A DNA stretch of 64,000 bases from an uncultured Bradymonadales bacterium (GCA_964503485.1 CAZDBH010000004.1:56-64055), one strand, 5' to 3'. Counted from the stretch's first letter, positions 9,678-18,649 are shown. Numbers and translations: made by a program. The notes: generated by a model from the sequence alone, not told the origin.

Positions 9678-12600
9678 GATTGATTCGCCGGTCGCAATGT
9701 AAGCTAGGCGCTCGTACACCTTCTGGAACGGGTCGGCGTAGAGCGCCACCTCGATGGTGTGCAGCGCCACTAGCGGGTTGACTCGCACCTCGACTCGCGT
9801 TGCCAGCTGGTCGTGCACAGAAGCGATCTGCCCATCAGCCAGGATAGCGACGAACGACTCCAGTCCTGGCTCCCAACCCGACACCCAGTAGTCGACCGTG
9901 ATACCCGAAGCGCATGCGCTGTCGAGGTCAACGCCAACGTTGGGAACAGCAGTGCCGCCGGTCGGTATCAACCACGAACTCGATTGAGGAGCGTGGCCAA
10001 TGCCGAATTCGATTCGGGCCAGAATTTCATCTAGCGCCTCGAGTTCAGTCAGGCTTCGCGGATAGAGCTCCTCGAGCAGTTCGACGTGAACATAGATGTT
10101 GTCGGTCTCGGAGCCGGTCTCGACATCGGTTCGCAGTATTCCGAACGTGTCAGATACGCCTTCACCCCGGTAGGTCAGATTATTGCAGTCAGGGCCTGAA
10201 TAAATGGTCGCCCTGAGTGGGACGCCATCGAAACTCGCCACATAAAAGGGCCCTGAGTAGGGTTGATCCTGCCATTCTGAGTTCCGGTGCTGACCAAAGT
10301 CGATGACGTAGTTTCTGGTGAATCCATTGAACCAGCTGAGCCCAGGAAAGACCTCGCCACTGTATTCATCAGGATACCCGGGGACCTGGACCAACGTCGT
10401 CGCCTCCTCGCACACATCGATACAGTAGTCGGTATCGCCAGCTTCGCTGTATCCGGCCACCGGGCTCTGGGTTACCTCACCGCTTGGCTCAGTGCGTTCG
10501 TGATAGAGGTCGATGCAAATGTTGCCGATAGCCTCGATCCTGAGATCGACAGCATGGTTCTGGTCTCTCAGGAGAAACTCCGTCTGCTCCCCCGTTCCGA
10601 TGTCGGTCTGAACCACCCTGTGCTGTGTGGGACCGTAGGCTTCGTCCCATGCCACTTTGATGCCCGCACTGACCGCCGAGTTGATGCCTCGCGGGCTCGC
10701 CGGATCGAGCGGCGCCCGATTGTTGACGTCAGGATGACTGACATACAGGCCGGTGGGACGATCGAGCGTAGGCTCCAGACCGGTCAGGTCGACCGCAGTA
10801 GTTTGCCCTGTCGCGGGGGCACTATTGGCCGATCGAATGATCGCGCTTGCATCTGCTGAACCGACCACCGGGGTTCTGCCGTAGAGTGGATAGAGTGCTG
10901 AGATTCTGTAGTCGTAGGCCACCTCAGGCGCGAGTGTGCGATCGACGAAACAGTGTCCTTGCCAGCTGTCGACCAGAATCGTGTCCATCATCTCACCTTC
11001 GGGTCCTCTCAAGACTTGGTAGGTGACATAGTCCTCGCTGACTTGGTTGAGACCAACTCGCCGCACTGGATCCCAGCAGACGGTGATCTGACCGTCCTCA
11101 GCCACTCCCAAGCTGCCTCCCGAAGCCTCGACGTTGCCGGGGACGGGCTGATCTGCAGTTTGAAGATCGGAGAGATGCCACATCAACGGAGCGCGGGCGA
11201 AGTGGGTCAATCGGAAGTAGACGGTTGTCCCGCCAGGCACCTCCAACATCACTTGTTCGTGACCTGAGGCTATCGGCAACTCTGCTCCACCGGGGCAGGT
11301 TGTGAACGCCGCAAGTAAAGCCGCACCGTTCGCCATTTGCCCTTCGACCTCGGCGACCAGCGTGTGCAGTTCGCTGTCCTCTCCCGGAACCGTGTACGAG
11401 TACCAAGTGGGTGATCCAGTCGCAGACGAGGGCATCTCGACGATGTTGCCCAGGCTCGAAGCGGTCACGGGCAACGCTTGGCTGCAGAAAAGCCCGTTGG
11501 ATGATCCCGCTGACGCGAGCGCACAGGAGTCGAGAAAATCCAGGTTACTGGGCCGACTGAAGGCGTTCCTCGATGGGGCTGTGGCCATGGATACAAAGCA
11601 GTACTTGGTGCCCGGCAGGAACCCTACATCGTCCAAGACAACCTCGGTCGTACCAGATGGGTCGGTGGCGAGTTCCCTGAACGGAGTGAAGCAGTCGAAG
11701 AGGTCGGGATATCTAACCTGAAAGCTGCCAGCTGTCGGGTCGGGTGACGGCCTGGTCCACGGGCTCACAGACCTTCCCCAGTAAAACGAATGATCGCAGC
11801 CCGTGTATTGGTAGAGGTTCAGCTCTTCGGCCCCCGTTGAGTGTTCGATTGAGAGCACTACACCCGGGCCACTCGGATTGCCGGTGGCTGACAAGACGGG
11901 GTGGGTCAATTCCGGTACCAGACCCTGATCGATGGTCACGCCGAAGGGCGTTGCCACACTCGAAGCGGGTCGATCGAGATACAGTGCAAACGTCTCCTCA
12001 CGTCGGGCAGAGAAGGTCAGCTCGTGCCCATTTGAGCTGTCCGCCCACATCCAGTTCAAAAATGGGTTATCGAGCTTGCTCTGGCGGCCAACGCCGATCA
12101 ACACGTCCGTTGGCGCGCCCGCTGCAGAGACCGTCATCTCCACTTCATCGGGAAGAATCGAAAACCGTGAGGTGCCGGCTCCCACGTCAGCAGTGAGGAC
12201 CAGAAGGTCATTCTCCACGCCACCAAACACAAGTGCGGTCGCCGGCGCCAGCAGACTCTGATCGGCCACTTCGGTCCCGTTTCCGTCGGAGAGCTCGATG
12301 ATCGTTCCATCTTCGTTCAGAGCGAACGCATGACCTGGCGGCCGAGCGATTGGGTCGCGGCTCGTCTGGGTATAGGCCACGTCAACCGGACGATCGAGAC
12401 CGTCCTCTGAGTCGTAGACTGGAATAAAGTAACTCGAGGGCATGAAGCCGCTCTCCCGAAAGAGGGTGCTGATCGTGTCGGAACCGTAACTTGCCACCAG
12501 CACGAATCCGTCGTCAGGAACGGCAATACCAAGTGGTTCATCAAACCCGGTGAACGTGTTTTCGCACCAGCTCCCGCTATTGCAGATTCCCCACTCGTCA

Positions 12601-13310
12601 AAACTCCGATAAGCCCCGTACATGCGTACGGTGTTGGTCGAATTGCTCGACACGACGACGTTCGTGCTAAAGGAGTCGAGTACGCCGACGCCCGTCGGGT
12701 CCGGTACACTGCGCTCATTACCGACGACGCCATCGACTACCAAGAAGACCTTGTCGTTGTCGCGGCTCGATACCGCACAGAGAACTTCTGCTTCCGCGGT
12801 CGGGGGGCCACCAAAACCGCCACCGTTGCCGCTGACCATAATGCAGTGAAGGTCCCAAATTCCTTGTAGCCTGGGGTCATCAACCACGGTCGCGAAGTCC
12901 CCTGTGGCGGGGTCCCAAGAAATCACCTGGTTTAGACCATAGTCGGCGATCCAATAGCCTCCCTCTGGGTGGGCCGTAATGCCCGTTGGTCGGACGAGCT
13001 CAGCCCCGTCGGTGATCAAGTTCTGTTCGGCCATCACGCGAACCAGACTGACTTCGCCGCCTGGGTTGCCCGGTGATGTAAATGTGTCGTTACCCTGCCT
13101 GTCCGTGAACGAGTCGAGGTCCCAGAACCAGTCGAAGGGAACGAAGTTGCCGAGGTTCCAGCGACCGACCTTGTCGCCGATCCACCGATAAGGGCCAATA
13201 CCGTCCCGCGGGTCTATCGTGATCTGCGCGGTTGAGAGTACCGGCGACAGCAACAGAGCAGCGGCGACCAACGTAGCGAGAAATCGAGGTGGCGAAGAAG
13301 TCGCGCTCAC
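9492..13310 (-). CDS. Large secreted protein C, paralog of A/B (beta-propeller/Fn3/dockerin-like)
   Basis: Track ORF 9492..13412. The more likely start is GTG 13310, which has GGAGG upstream and precedes a signal peptide ending STA|Q. Same motifs as A/B; 3-nt gap to B. Confidence 0.85.
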   Translation of the reverse strand: MSATSSPPRFLATLVAAALLLSPVLSTAQITIDPRDGIGPYRWIGDKVGRWNLGNFVPFDWFWDLDSFTDRQGNDTFTSPGNPGGEVSLVRVMAEQNLITDGAELVRPTGITAHPEGGYWIADYGLNQVISWDPATGDFATVVDDPRLQGIWDLHCIMVSGNGGGFGGPPTAEAEVLCAVSSRDNDKVFLVVDGVVGNERSVPDPTGVGVLDSFSTNVVVSSNSTNTVRMYGAYRSFDEWGICNSGSWCENTFTGFDEPLGIAVPDDGFVLVASYGSDTISTLFRESGFMPSSYFIPVYDSEDGLDRPVDVAYTQTSRDPIARPPGHAFALNEDGTIIELSDGNGTEVADQSLLAPATALVFGGVENDLLVLTADVGAGTSRFSILPDEVEMTVSAAGAPTDVLIGVGRQSKLDNPFLNWMWADSSNGHELTFSARREETFALYLDRPASSVATPFGVTIDQGLVPELTHPVLSATGNPSGPGVVLSIEHSTGAEELNLYQYTGCDHSFYWGRSVSPWTRPSPDPTAGSFQVRYPDLFDCFTPFRELATDPSGTTEVVLDDVGFLPGTKYCFVSMATAPSRNAFSRPSNLDFLDSCALASAGSSNGLFCSQALPVTASSLGNIVEMPSSATGSPTWYSYTVPGEDSELHTLVAEVEGQMANGAALLAAFTTCPGGAELPIASGHEQVMLEVPGGTTVYFRLTHFARAPLMWHLSDLQTADQPVPGNVEASGGSLGVAEDGQITVCWDPVRRVGLNQVSEDYVTYQVLRGPEGEMMDTILVDSWQGHCFVDRTLAPEVAYDYRISALYPLYGRTPVVGSADASAIIRSANSAPATGQTTAVDLTGLEPTLDRPTGLYVSHPDVNNRAPLDPASPRGINSAVSAGIKVAWDEAYGPTQHRVVQTDIGTGEQTEFLLRDQNHAVDLRIEAIGNICIDLYHERTEPSGEVTQSPVAGYSEAGDTDYCIDVCEEATTLVQVPGYPDEYSGEVFPGLSWFNGFTRNYVIDFGQHRNSEWQDQPYSGPFYVASFDGVPLRATIYSGPDCNNLTYRGEGVSDTFGILRTDVETGSETDNIYVHVELLEELYPRSLTELEALDEILARIEFGIGHAPQSSSWLIPTGGTAVPNVGVDLDSACASGITVDYWVSGWEPGLESFVAILADGQIASVHDQLATRVEVRVNPLVALHTIEVALYADPFQKVYERLAYIATGESIGDVNHDCRINVLDVVIINNHILGLELIAEALLPLGDFNEDTEVDILDMVAMISHILNDLSG

Positions 13311-13311
13311 G

Positions 13312-15594
13312 TCACTCTCCCTCCATGCAGGTATCGACGCATCCCATGTCGGCGTTGGGCAGGCAGACTGCCCCGTCGGTACATCCCTCGTAGACTTCCC
13401 CGCAGCCTCCACTCACTGGAACGTGCACCGAGAGGTCTCTCAGAGTGTTCCATCCGGAATCCCAATGTTCGATTGTGCTCTCGTAGTTTCGGCCGCAACT
13501 CTGCACCTGGGCGGTCGCTGTGCATTGAGCGGAGCACTCTTCCCCGAACCCGCAGGGGTTAGCCGTGCAAACAGAGGGCAGCGTGAACCGACCGTGAAGC
13601 CCCATGGATCGAGCTCCAGCGGCAGCGAGATCGACGTTCGATTCACCGTCGACGTCGCTGACATCCGAGGGTAGGAAAGAGACGTCTTCGTCGATCGTCA
13701 CAATCTCGCCGCATGCTGTCCCTTCGAGTTCGCGATGGGTAGCCACACGACCGGAAATGCACTGCTCGTAGTGGACCCTGCAACTGCCGCTCGTCTCACC
13801 CACACTGGGGCAAAGAGAAGCCGAGTAGAGGCCGAGTTCGTCTATTTCGAGCGTGTAATAGTTGCGGCTGCTGTCCGAGCCCAGCGCAGCCGCGCTATGC
13901 GCTGACCACTGAATCAAATCGTAGCGATAGACGGGGAAGACCGCTCCTACTGCGTCGAAGGATAGCTCCGCAAAACTGGCCAGTGTTGCTTCGACTGGTA
14001 GCTCCAGCGTGGCCGGGACTGCCAACTCGAGATTGGCAGGCAACAGCTCAATAGCGGTGGGAGCGAATAGTGGTTGAAATTCGGATGGACCTCGGTGGGG
14101 GCTTTCAGCAGGTGTCATTGTCGCGAGGCATATCTCAGTTACGTCGGGCAGCGACCCGTTTGGAAAGGTGACCGAGGCGCCTGACGACGCAACCAGACTG
14201 CCCCCTTCGGGTCCGATCTGGGTGCATTCGGGCGGAAGTGAAAACGGAACGACAACCCGCGAATCGGAGTCGGGTCGGATATGAACGGTGTGCCGTCTCG
14301 TACCGCGTGTGGGATGGCTGACGACGAGGTAGTGCGTACCCACGTAGAGCCGGACAATCATCGTGTTTCCACCGGGCAGATTATGAACGGAGTCGTTCGG
14401 GCCCAAGAGTTGGACTGAGTAGGCTTGCAGTTCTTCTTCTGGTGCCTCTTCGGGATCGGCGTAGGGTTCGGGAGATATTGAGAGCGAGAGCCGACCTTCT
14501 TCGACACCGTCGTAGACTGTCACATCGACGGAGTCAGTCAGACGGTTTCCGTCCCATTCGTACTCGGCGGTGATCGTTGCTTGACCGGGAGCGAACGCTT
14601 GGATCATTCCCGTGCGAGAGACCGTCACACTGTCTTCGTTGTCGCTCGTCAGGGTGACAGTCGCGGAGGCCTCCTTGACCCCTTGATTCATGATCGTCGT
14701 CCACGCAGGCTCTGCCGTCGACCCGTAGAAGAATGCAACGTTGAGGAATTCGATCTGACCGGCTCCGTCCCGGGAGTCCGACCCCAGTACGATGTCTGTC
14801 AGCGGCGCGACCCCGATAGCCCGAGGCTCCACCAAAGCGATCGAATCCGTGCAAGGCTCCGAATAGAGCCGGCCCTCGGCTGTGTTTAGGAACGTTTTTA
14901 CCGAGAAGGTGCTCTCCTCGCCGGGTACAATGCCCGCAACCGGGCGGGAAGAGATGTCCGGAAAGGCCAGTTCGGCGACTAACTCGCCGTTGCGTTCGAT
15001 TCGATAGCCTGAGATGTCGTCCGTGTAGCCGGGCAGAATGTCCTCTGGAGCTTGCCGCTGCCAAGCAAAATTCACGCCCTGGGGAAGACGCGGCTCCGCT
15101 GAGCAACCTGCCAGTGCGGCCGGAAGAACAAGTGCGGCCGCGTCCACCTCGGCGAGATCTGCAACGTCGTTCTCTTCGTTGCTGTCCCCATCGTATGCGT
15201 CGACTAGCTCCTCCGTCGTGTCGGAAGCATCCTCGTCGGGTGGAAGGTCGTGGTTCTGATCGCTGTCCTCTGTGGCATCGCTCGAATCGGCTGGCTCTGA
15301 GTCTTCGTCGTACTGGACATCGCTGCTATCGCTGGACAGGTCCTCCGCGTCGTTGCCTGCGTCGGTGTCGCTCCACACGTCCTCGCCCGGCGTGACGCAA
15401 ACACCCTGTTCGGTGTCGCAAACCTGCTCCGGTGTGCAGGGCAACGTGCAGGGCGTTGTTGTTGGTTCGGGCGTTGTGGGATCTTCCCCACACGCCGAGA
15501 GCGCCAGTGCAAGCACCAGGAGTACGGGGCCCAACGTTCCAGTCCATCGGATTTTCAGTGGCCATTCGATGGTATTTGGATCTGTTAAAACCAT
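13312..15594 (-). CDS. Lipoprotein with Cys-rich N-module, acidic linker, Fn3, Big_2-like Ig, ZU5-like domain and Cys-rich C-terminus
   Basis: Lipobox LSA|C; CTLPC..C..C; D/E-rich linker; Fn3 VNFAW..ISGYRIERNG; Ig DSVTVSRTGMIQAFAPGQATITAEY; ZU5-like IGPEGGSL..ASVTFPNGSL. Confidence 0.78.
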   Translation of the reverse strand: MVLTDPNTIEWPLKIRWTGTLGPVLLVLALALSACGEDPTTPEPTTTPCTLPCTPEQVCDTEQGVCVTPGEDVWSDTDAGNDAEDLSSDSSDVQYDEDSEPADSSDATEDSDQNHDLPPDEDASDTTEELVDAYDGDSNEENDVADLAEVDAAALVLPAALAGCSAEPRLPQGVNFAWQRQAPEDILPGYTDDISGYRIERNGELVAELAFPDISSRPVAGIVPGEESTFSVKTFLNTAEGRLYSEPCTDSIALVEPRAIGVAPLTDIVLGSDSRDGAGQIEFLNVAFFYGSTAEPAWTTIMNQGVKEASATVTLTSDNEDSVTVSRTGMIQAFAPGQATITAEYEWDGNRLTDSVDVTVYDGVEEGRLSLSISPEPYADPEEAPEEELQAYSVQLLGPNDSVHNLPGGNTMIVRLYVGTHYLVVSHPTRGTRRHTVHIRPDSDSRVVVPFSLPPECTQIGPEGGSLVASSGASVTFPNGSLPDVTEICLATMTPAESPHRGPSEFQPLFAPTAIELLPANLELAVPATLELPVEATLASFAELSFDAVGAVFPVYRYDLIQWSAHSAAALGSDSSRNYYTLEIDELGLYSASLCPSVGETSGSCRVHYEQCISGRVATHRELEGTACGEIVTIDEDVSFLPSDVSDVDGESNVDLAAAGARSMGLHGRFTLPSVCTANPCGFGEECSAQCTATAQVQSCGRNYESTIEHWDSGWNTLRDLSVHVPVSGGCGEVYEGCTDGAVCLPNADMGCVDTCMEGE

Positions 15595-15609
15595 TCGGTC
15601 GTCGGCTCC

Positions 15610-18486
15610 TCAGTCGATGTGGGAGCATGCGATATGCTCCCGACTGACCCCACCACACGTGGGATACCAGTCGATTTGAAACGGCGCGCACATGTCCAAC
15701 GGGACAACCTCGGCTGCGTAGGCGCAGTTGTCGCCCTCGCTGTAATCCTCACCCGTGTATGCCGATGTGTAGCCGTAGCGAACGCCGCAGGCCGTGCCGG
15801 CCAGTTCGGTGTCGAGGAACGGATCAACCGGGGCCCCAGGGGCGTGAATCAACTTCCAATCGCCATAGTCGCCAAGTGCGGCAGTTGTGAATGTGTTCAG
15901 ATAGCTGTCGTCGAGCGTCGCTTCGTAGAACTCGAGCTGCTCTTCGAGATAGTCCCAACGAAAGGCGTTCTCGCGGTACCAGGGGTGAGCGCTGCCGCCA
16001 CAGAAGTTCTCTTCGATGTTTGGCAGGAACTCGAGCACCAAGACGTAGGTGATCAGGAGCGACCAATACAATTGGTCCCCGTTGCCGAGGTGAGCGTTGT
16101 GTCTTGCATCGAGGAGATCGGTCTGCAGCTCAAACAGCTTGAGCATAATCGTGACCCGCTCGAAGTTGCTGCCTCCGCCGGCCCGAATCGCGGCCACGAG
16201 GGGATCCATTTGGGTCAAAACGTCCATCACTGCGGCGTGCTCGGCGGCGCCGTGCATGACGCCACCCGCATCGCGTATTGATGAGTCCAGCCGGTTTGCG
16301 CTGGCTCGCAATTGGTCGTAGGCATTGCCTGCCTGAAACAGGGGAACCCCTTCGACTTCGCTGGCGATGTCGATTTCCAGCTCACGAGTTACCGGGTCGA
16401 GCAGTGTCATTTGCCGCGTGAAGCCCCAGGCGATGTCCAGAACTGGGTTGGCACTCCCCTCGCTCTTAACCGAGTCCATGACGGACGTCGCCAGCAGAAA
16501 TCGGGTGTTCACGTTGCTGTCGACCGAGACTCGCAAGACGTCGTCGATGTAGGTTCGACTTTCCAGGCTGGAGGCTCGGTACAGCTCGTGTAAGAGCTGA
16601 GCCAACTCGTCGGCGTGTAGCGGGCGGTGGACATTGTTCTCACTGTTCATCAGGCGCGTTCGCACATCGTGTACGAGCTCGTGGATATCCGAGATCGCCG
16701 CAAAGACCGTGGACATGGCTTCGGTGTCGTAGGCCGCGAGAGCGTGTTCGTACAGAGACAGCGAATTCACGCTGTTGAGCCGAGCGGTCTCGACGTAACC
16801 GTCCCCGCCCGAGTCGACCGGGATGACGCTATTGGGCTGTAGATAGACATCGAGCCCACTGATCATTCGACCCAGCGCCAGGGGCAGATCGAGCCGGATC
16901 CATGGCACGTCAAAGGCGGTGGTACTGGTCTGGGTGTCGACCGCGACCGTGACGCGATATCCGAGCACGTAGTTGCCCGAGGGTGTGCCGCGGGAGACGC
17001 TCACTTCGCCGGTCCGGTTGTCGCAGACGGGATCCCCGTTCTCCCAGTCAGACGGCAGCAAGCCGTCGCCACATGCCGGCGCAACGATCGGACGAGCGGG
17101 CTCGTAGGTCTGACTGACAATTGAGATCTGGCCACCCTGAATCTCAGGTGAGACGAGTACGACGTCGACTCCTCGGATGAGAGTCCCTGGTTCGGCTTCA
17201 ATGGCGCACAGTTGGATCGTTTCACCCGGAAAAAGGCCAGGCAGAAAACCGGTTGGCGTCGGTTGGGTGTAGGGTGGATCAGTGGTGCAGTAGAAGTTGG
17301 CTGGGGGCAGAACGCCTTCGACCAACGAGGTGCAGTCACCAAGAATCGTGAAGATCGGATTGCCGCCCGGGTTTGAAAACCGGCCGTTTGGAAGGCAGAC
17401 CTCTGTCGCCCCGAGGTCGTAACCGACGGTCACCAGTGTATACTCGCCAGAGGGTATTGCCCCACCGCTGACTTCGATTCCCACGATGATGGCGTTGTTT
17501 CCCGAGACGCTCCAGCCCGGAGCAGCGGTCTCACCACCTCCCAGAGAGAGCACCTCGATGCCGCTCAGTCCGAGTTGAAACCCTGCGACGGGAAAGAACG
17601 GGCTATTCACTTGGATGTCGAATGTGCTGGCTAAAAGGTCGACGTTTCCGACCGTGACTGTGACGCCCAAGTTTACACAGGCCTCGTTGTCCACACGCTG
17701 CAGGATGCCCTGGGTATCAGAAATGCGCGGCCTGTCGATACAGACAGTCCCGACGGTTTCCTCGACTTCGATGCTCACAATCGTTAGGAGATGATCCCCT
17801 GGCGGCAGCGATCCACCGTTGAGATTGGTCCCAACCACGCCCTTGCTGTTTGCTGAGACGCTCCAACCTGGACTGGCGGTTTCACCGCCTCCGGCGCCAT
17901 CGACGTCGGCTCCTTCGATAGTGAACTGGAAACCCTGAATCGGGTAGACGGGATTCGTAACCCATACTTCAACGGTTCCCTGGGTAGGCCCAGTCTGTAC
18001 AACCTCGCCGAATCGAAGGGATGCGCCCAGGTTGTAGCAGTCGCCGTGGTCTGCGGTCAGCGACCCGCCAGCCGGATCTGAGAACACGGCGTTCTCGTAA
18101 CAACTCTCTTGCAGGTTGGCTTCCGCTACGCTCACGTCGAGGACGGTCAGGACGTACGAGCCTGGGACGATGTACCCGCCCGATGGATGGTGTGCGACGA
18201 TGCCGTCGCCCTGAAGGTCGAAATCCCATAGAGACGCTGCGCCGCCCGACGCGCCGTCGATATTGAAACCTGTTACTTCGAGTTGGAAGCCAGAAAAGGC
18301 ACGGTAGGCCTTTACGCGCACTTCGAGTGTTCCTGAGCCGGTGGGGTTCAAAGAGAGCTCCCCATAGCTCAGCTCGACTGACTGCGCGACCGCCTCAGCG
18401 CTATACCCGCTCACCAACAGGCAGAGACAAAAAGCTAACGCGGCACCCGGAGTCGCCCTGGGCGACAGCGCGGAATGGGTGTTCAC
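15610..18486 (-). CDS. Secreted scaffoldin-like protein: three tandem cohesin-like modules plus an unknown C-terminal helical domain
   Basis: Signal peptide (AVA|Q); three ~118-aa beta-rich repeats, each with GFQ[LF]x[VIL]xG, GGG, [ST]G...PG..L; first gene of the operon. Confidence 0.72.
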   Translation of the reverse strand: MNTHSALSPRATPGAALAFCLCLLVSGYSAEAVAQSVELSYGELSLNPTGSGTLEVRVKAYRAFSGFQLEVTGFNIDGASGGAASLWDFDLQGDGIVAHHPSGGYIVPGSYVLTVLDVSVAEANLQESCYENAVFSDPAGGSLTADHGDCYNLGASLRFGEVVQTGPTQGTVEVWVTNPVYPIQGFQFTIEGADVDGAGGGETASPGWSVSANSKGVVGTNLNGGSLPPGDHLLTIVSIEVEETVGTVCIDRPRISDTQGILQRVDNEACVNLGVTVTVGNVDLLASTFDIQVNSPFFPVAGFQLGLSGIEVLSLGGGETAAPGWSVSGNNAIIVGIEVSGGAIPSGEYTLVTVGYDLGATEVCLPNGRFSNPGGNPIFTILGDCTSLVEGVLPPANFYCTTDPPYTQPTPTGFLPGLFPGETIQLCAIEAEPGTLIRGVDVVLVSPEIQGGQISIVSQTYEPARPIVAPACGDGLLPSDWENGDPVCDNRTGEVSVSRGTPSGNYVLGYRVTVAVDTQTSTTAFDVPWIRLDLPLALGRMISGLDVYLQPNSVIPVDSGGDGYVETARLNSVNSLSLYEHALAAYDTEAMSTVFAAISDIHELVHDVRTRLMNSENNVHRPLHADELAQLLHELYRASSLESRTYIDDVLRVSVDSNVNTRFLLATSVMDSVKSEGSANPVLDIAWGFTRQMTLLDPVTRELEIDIASEVEGVPLFQAGNAYDQLRASANRLDSSIRDAGGVMHGAAEHAAVMDVLTQMDPLVAAIRAGGGSNFERVTIMLKLFELQTDLLDARHNAHLGNGDQLYWSLLITYVLVLEFLPNIEENFCGGSAHPWYRENAFRWDYLEEQLEFYEATLDDSYLNTFTTAALGDYGDWKLIHAPGAPVDPFLDTELAGTACGVRYGYTSAYTGEDYSEGDNCAYAAEVVPLDMCAPFQIDWYPTCGGVSREHIACSHID
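17323..18381 (-). repeat. Three tandem ~118-aa cohesin-like repeats (approx. 18381-18028, 18027-17668, 17667-17323)
   Basis: R1 TLEVRVKAYRAFSGFQLEVTG..SGGAASLW..GYIVPGSYVL..CYENAVFSD..GDC. R2 TVEVWVTNPVYPIQGFQFTIEG..GGGETASPGWSVS..GSLPPGDHLL..CIDRPRISD..EAC. R3 TFDIQVNSPFFPVAGFQLGLSG..GGGETAAPGWSVS..GAIPSGEYTL..CLPNGRFSN..GDC. Confidence 0.85.
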
Positions 18487-18620
18487 GGATTTACGACCTA
18501 TTTAAGACGCGGTGAGTTTTCTCCCGCGAGAAGACTCTCATTTGTTCTGCGAAGATGTCAAATCGCTGTGAATATGTGTGTTTACGGAGCAGATGCGATT
18601 ACATATCGCCGGCTGCCAAG

Positions 18621-18649
18621 TTGACGGCCCGATTTTAACTCTCTACACT
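18621..18649 (+). promoter_or_regulatory. Putative sigma70-type promoter for the divergent lipoprotein gene
   Basis: TTGACG (18621-26), 17-nt spacer, TACACT (18644-49), ~40 nt upstream of the ORF at 18691. Confidence 0.5.

Noticed and set aside
1873-13310. Possible cellulolytic (CAZyme) function of the dockerin-bearing proteins
   Set aside because: No glycoside hydrolase, CBM or esterase motif recognised, so a true cellulosome is not supported, only the architecture.
2377-13674. Many medium-length plus-strand ORFs (e.g. 3883..4836, 6117..7007, 10287..10859)
   Set aside because: They lie opposite the long paralog genes and show no family motifs; typical of high-GC antisense frames.
13620-13680. 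DVSDVDGESNVDL in the operon lipoprotein as a possible dockerin half-site
   Set aside because: Single, poorly spaced loop with no duplicated helix unit; not enough to call.
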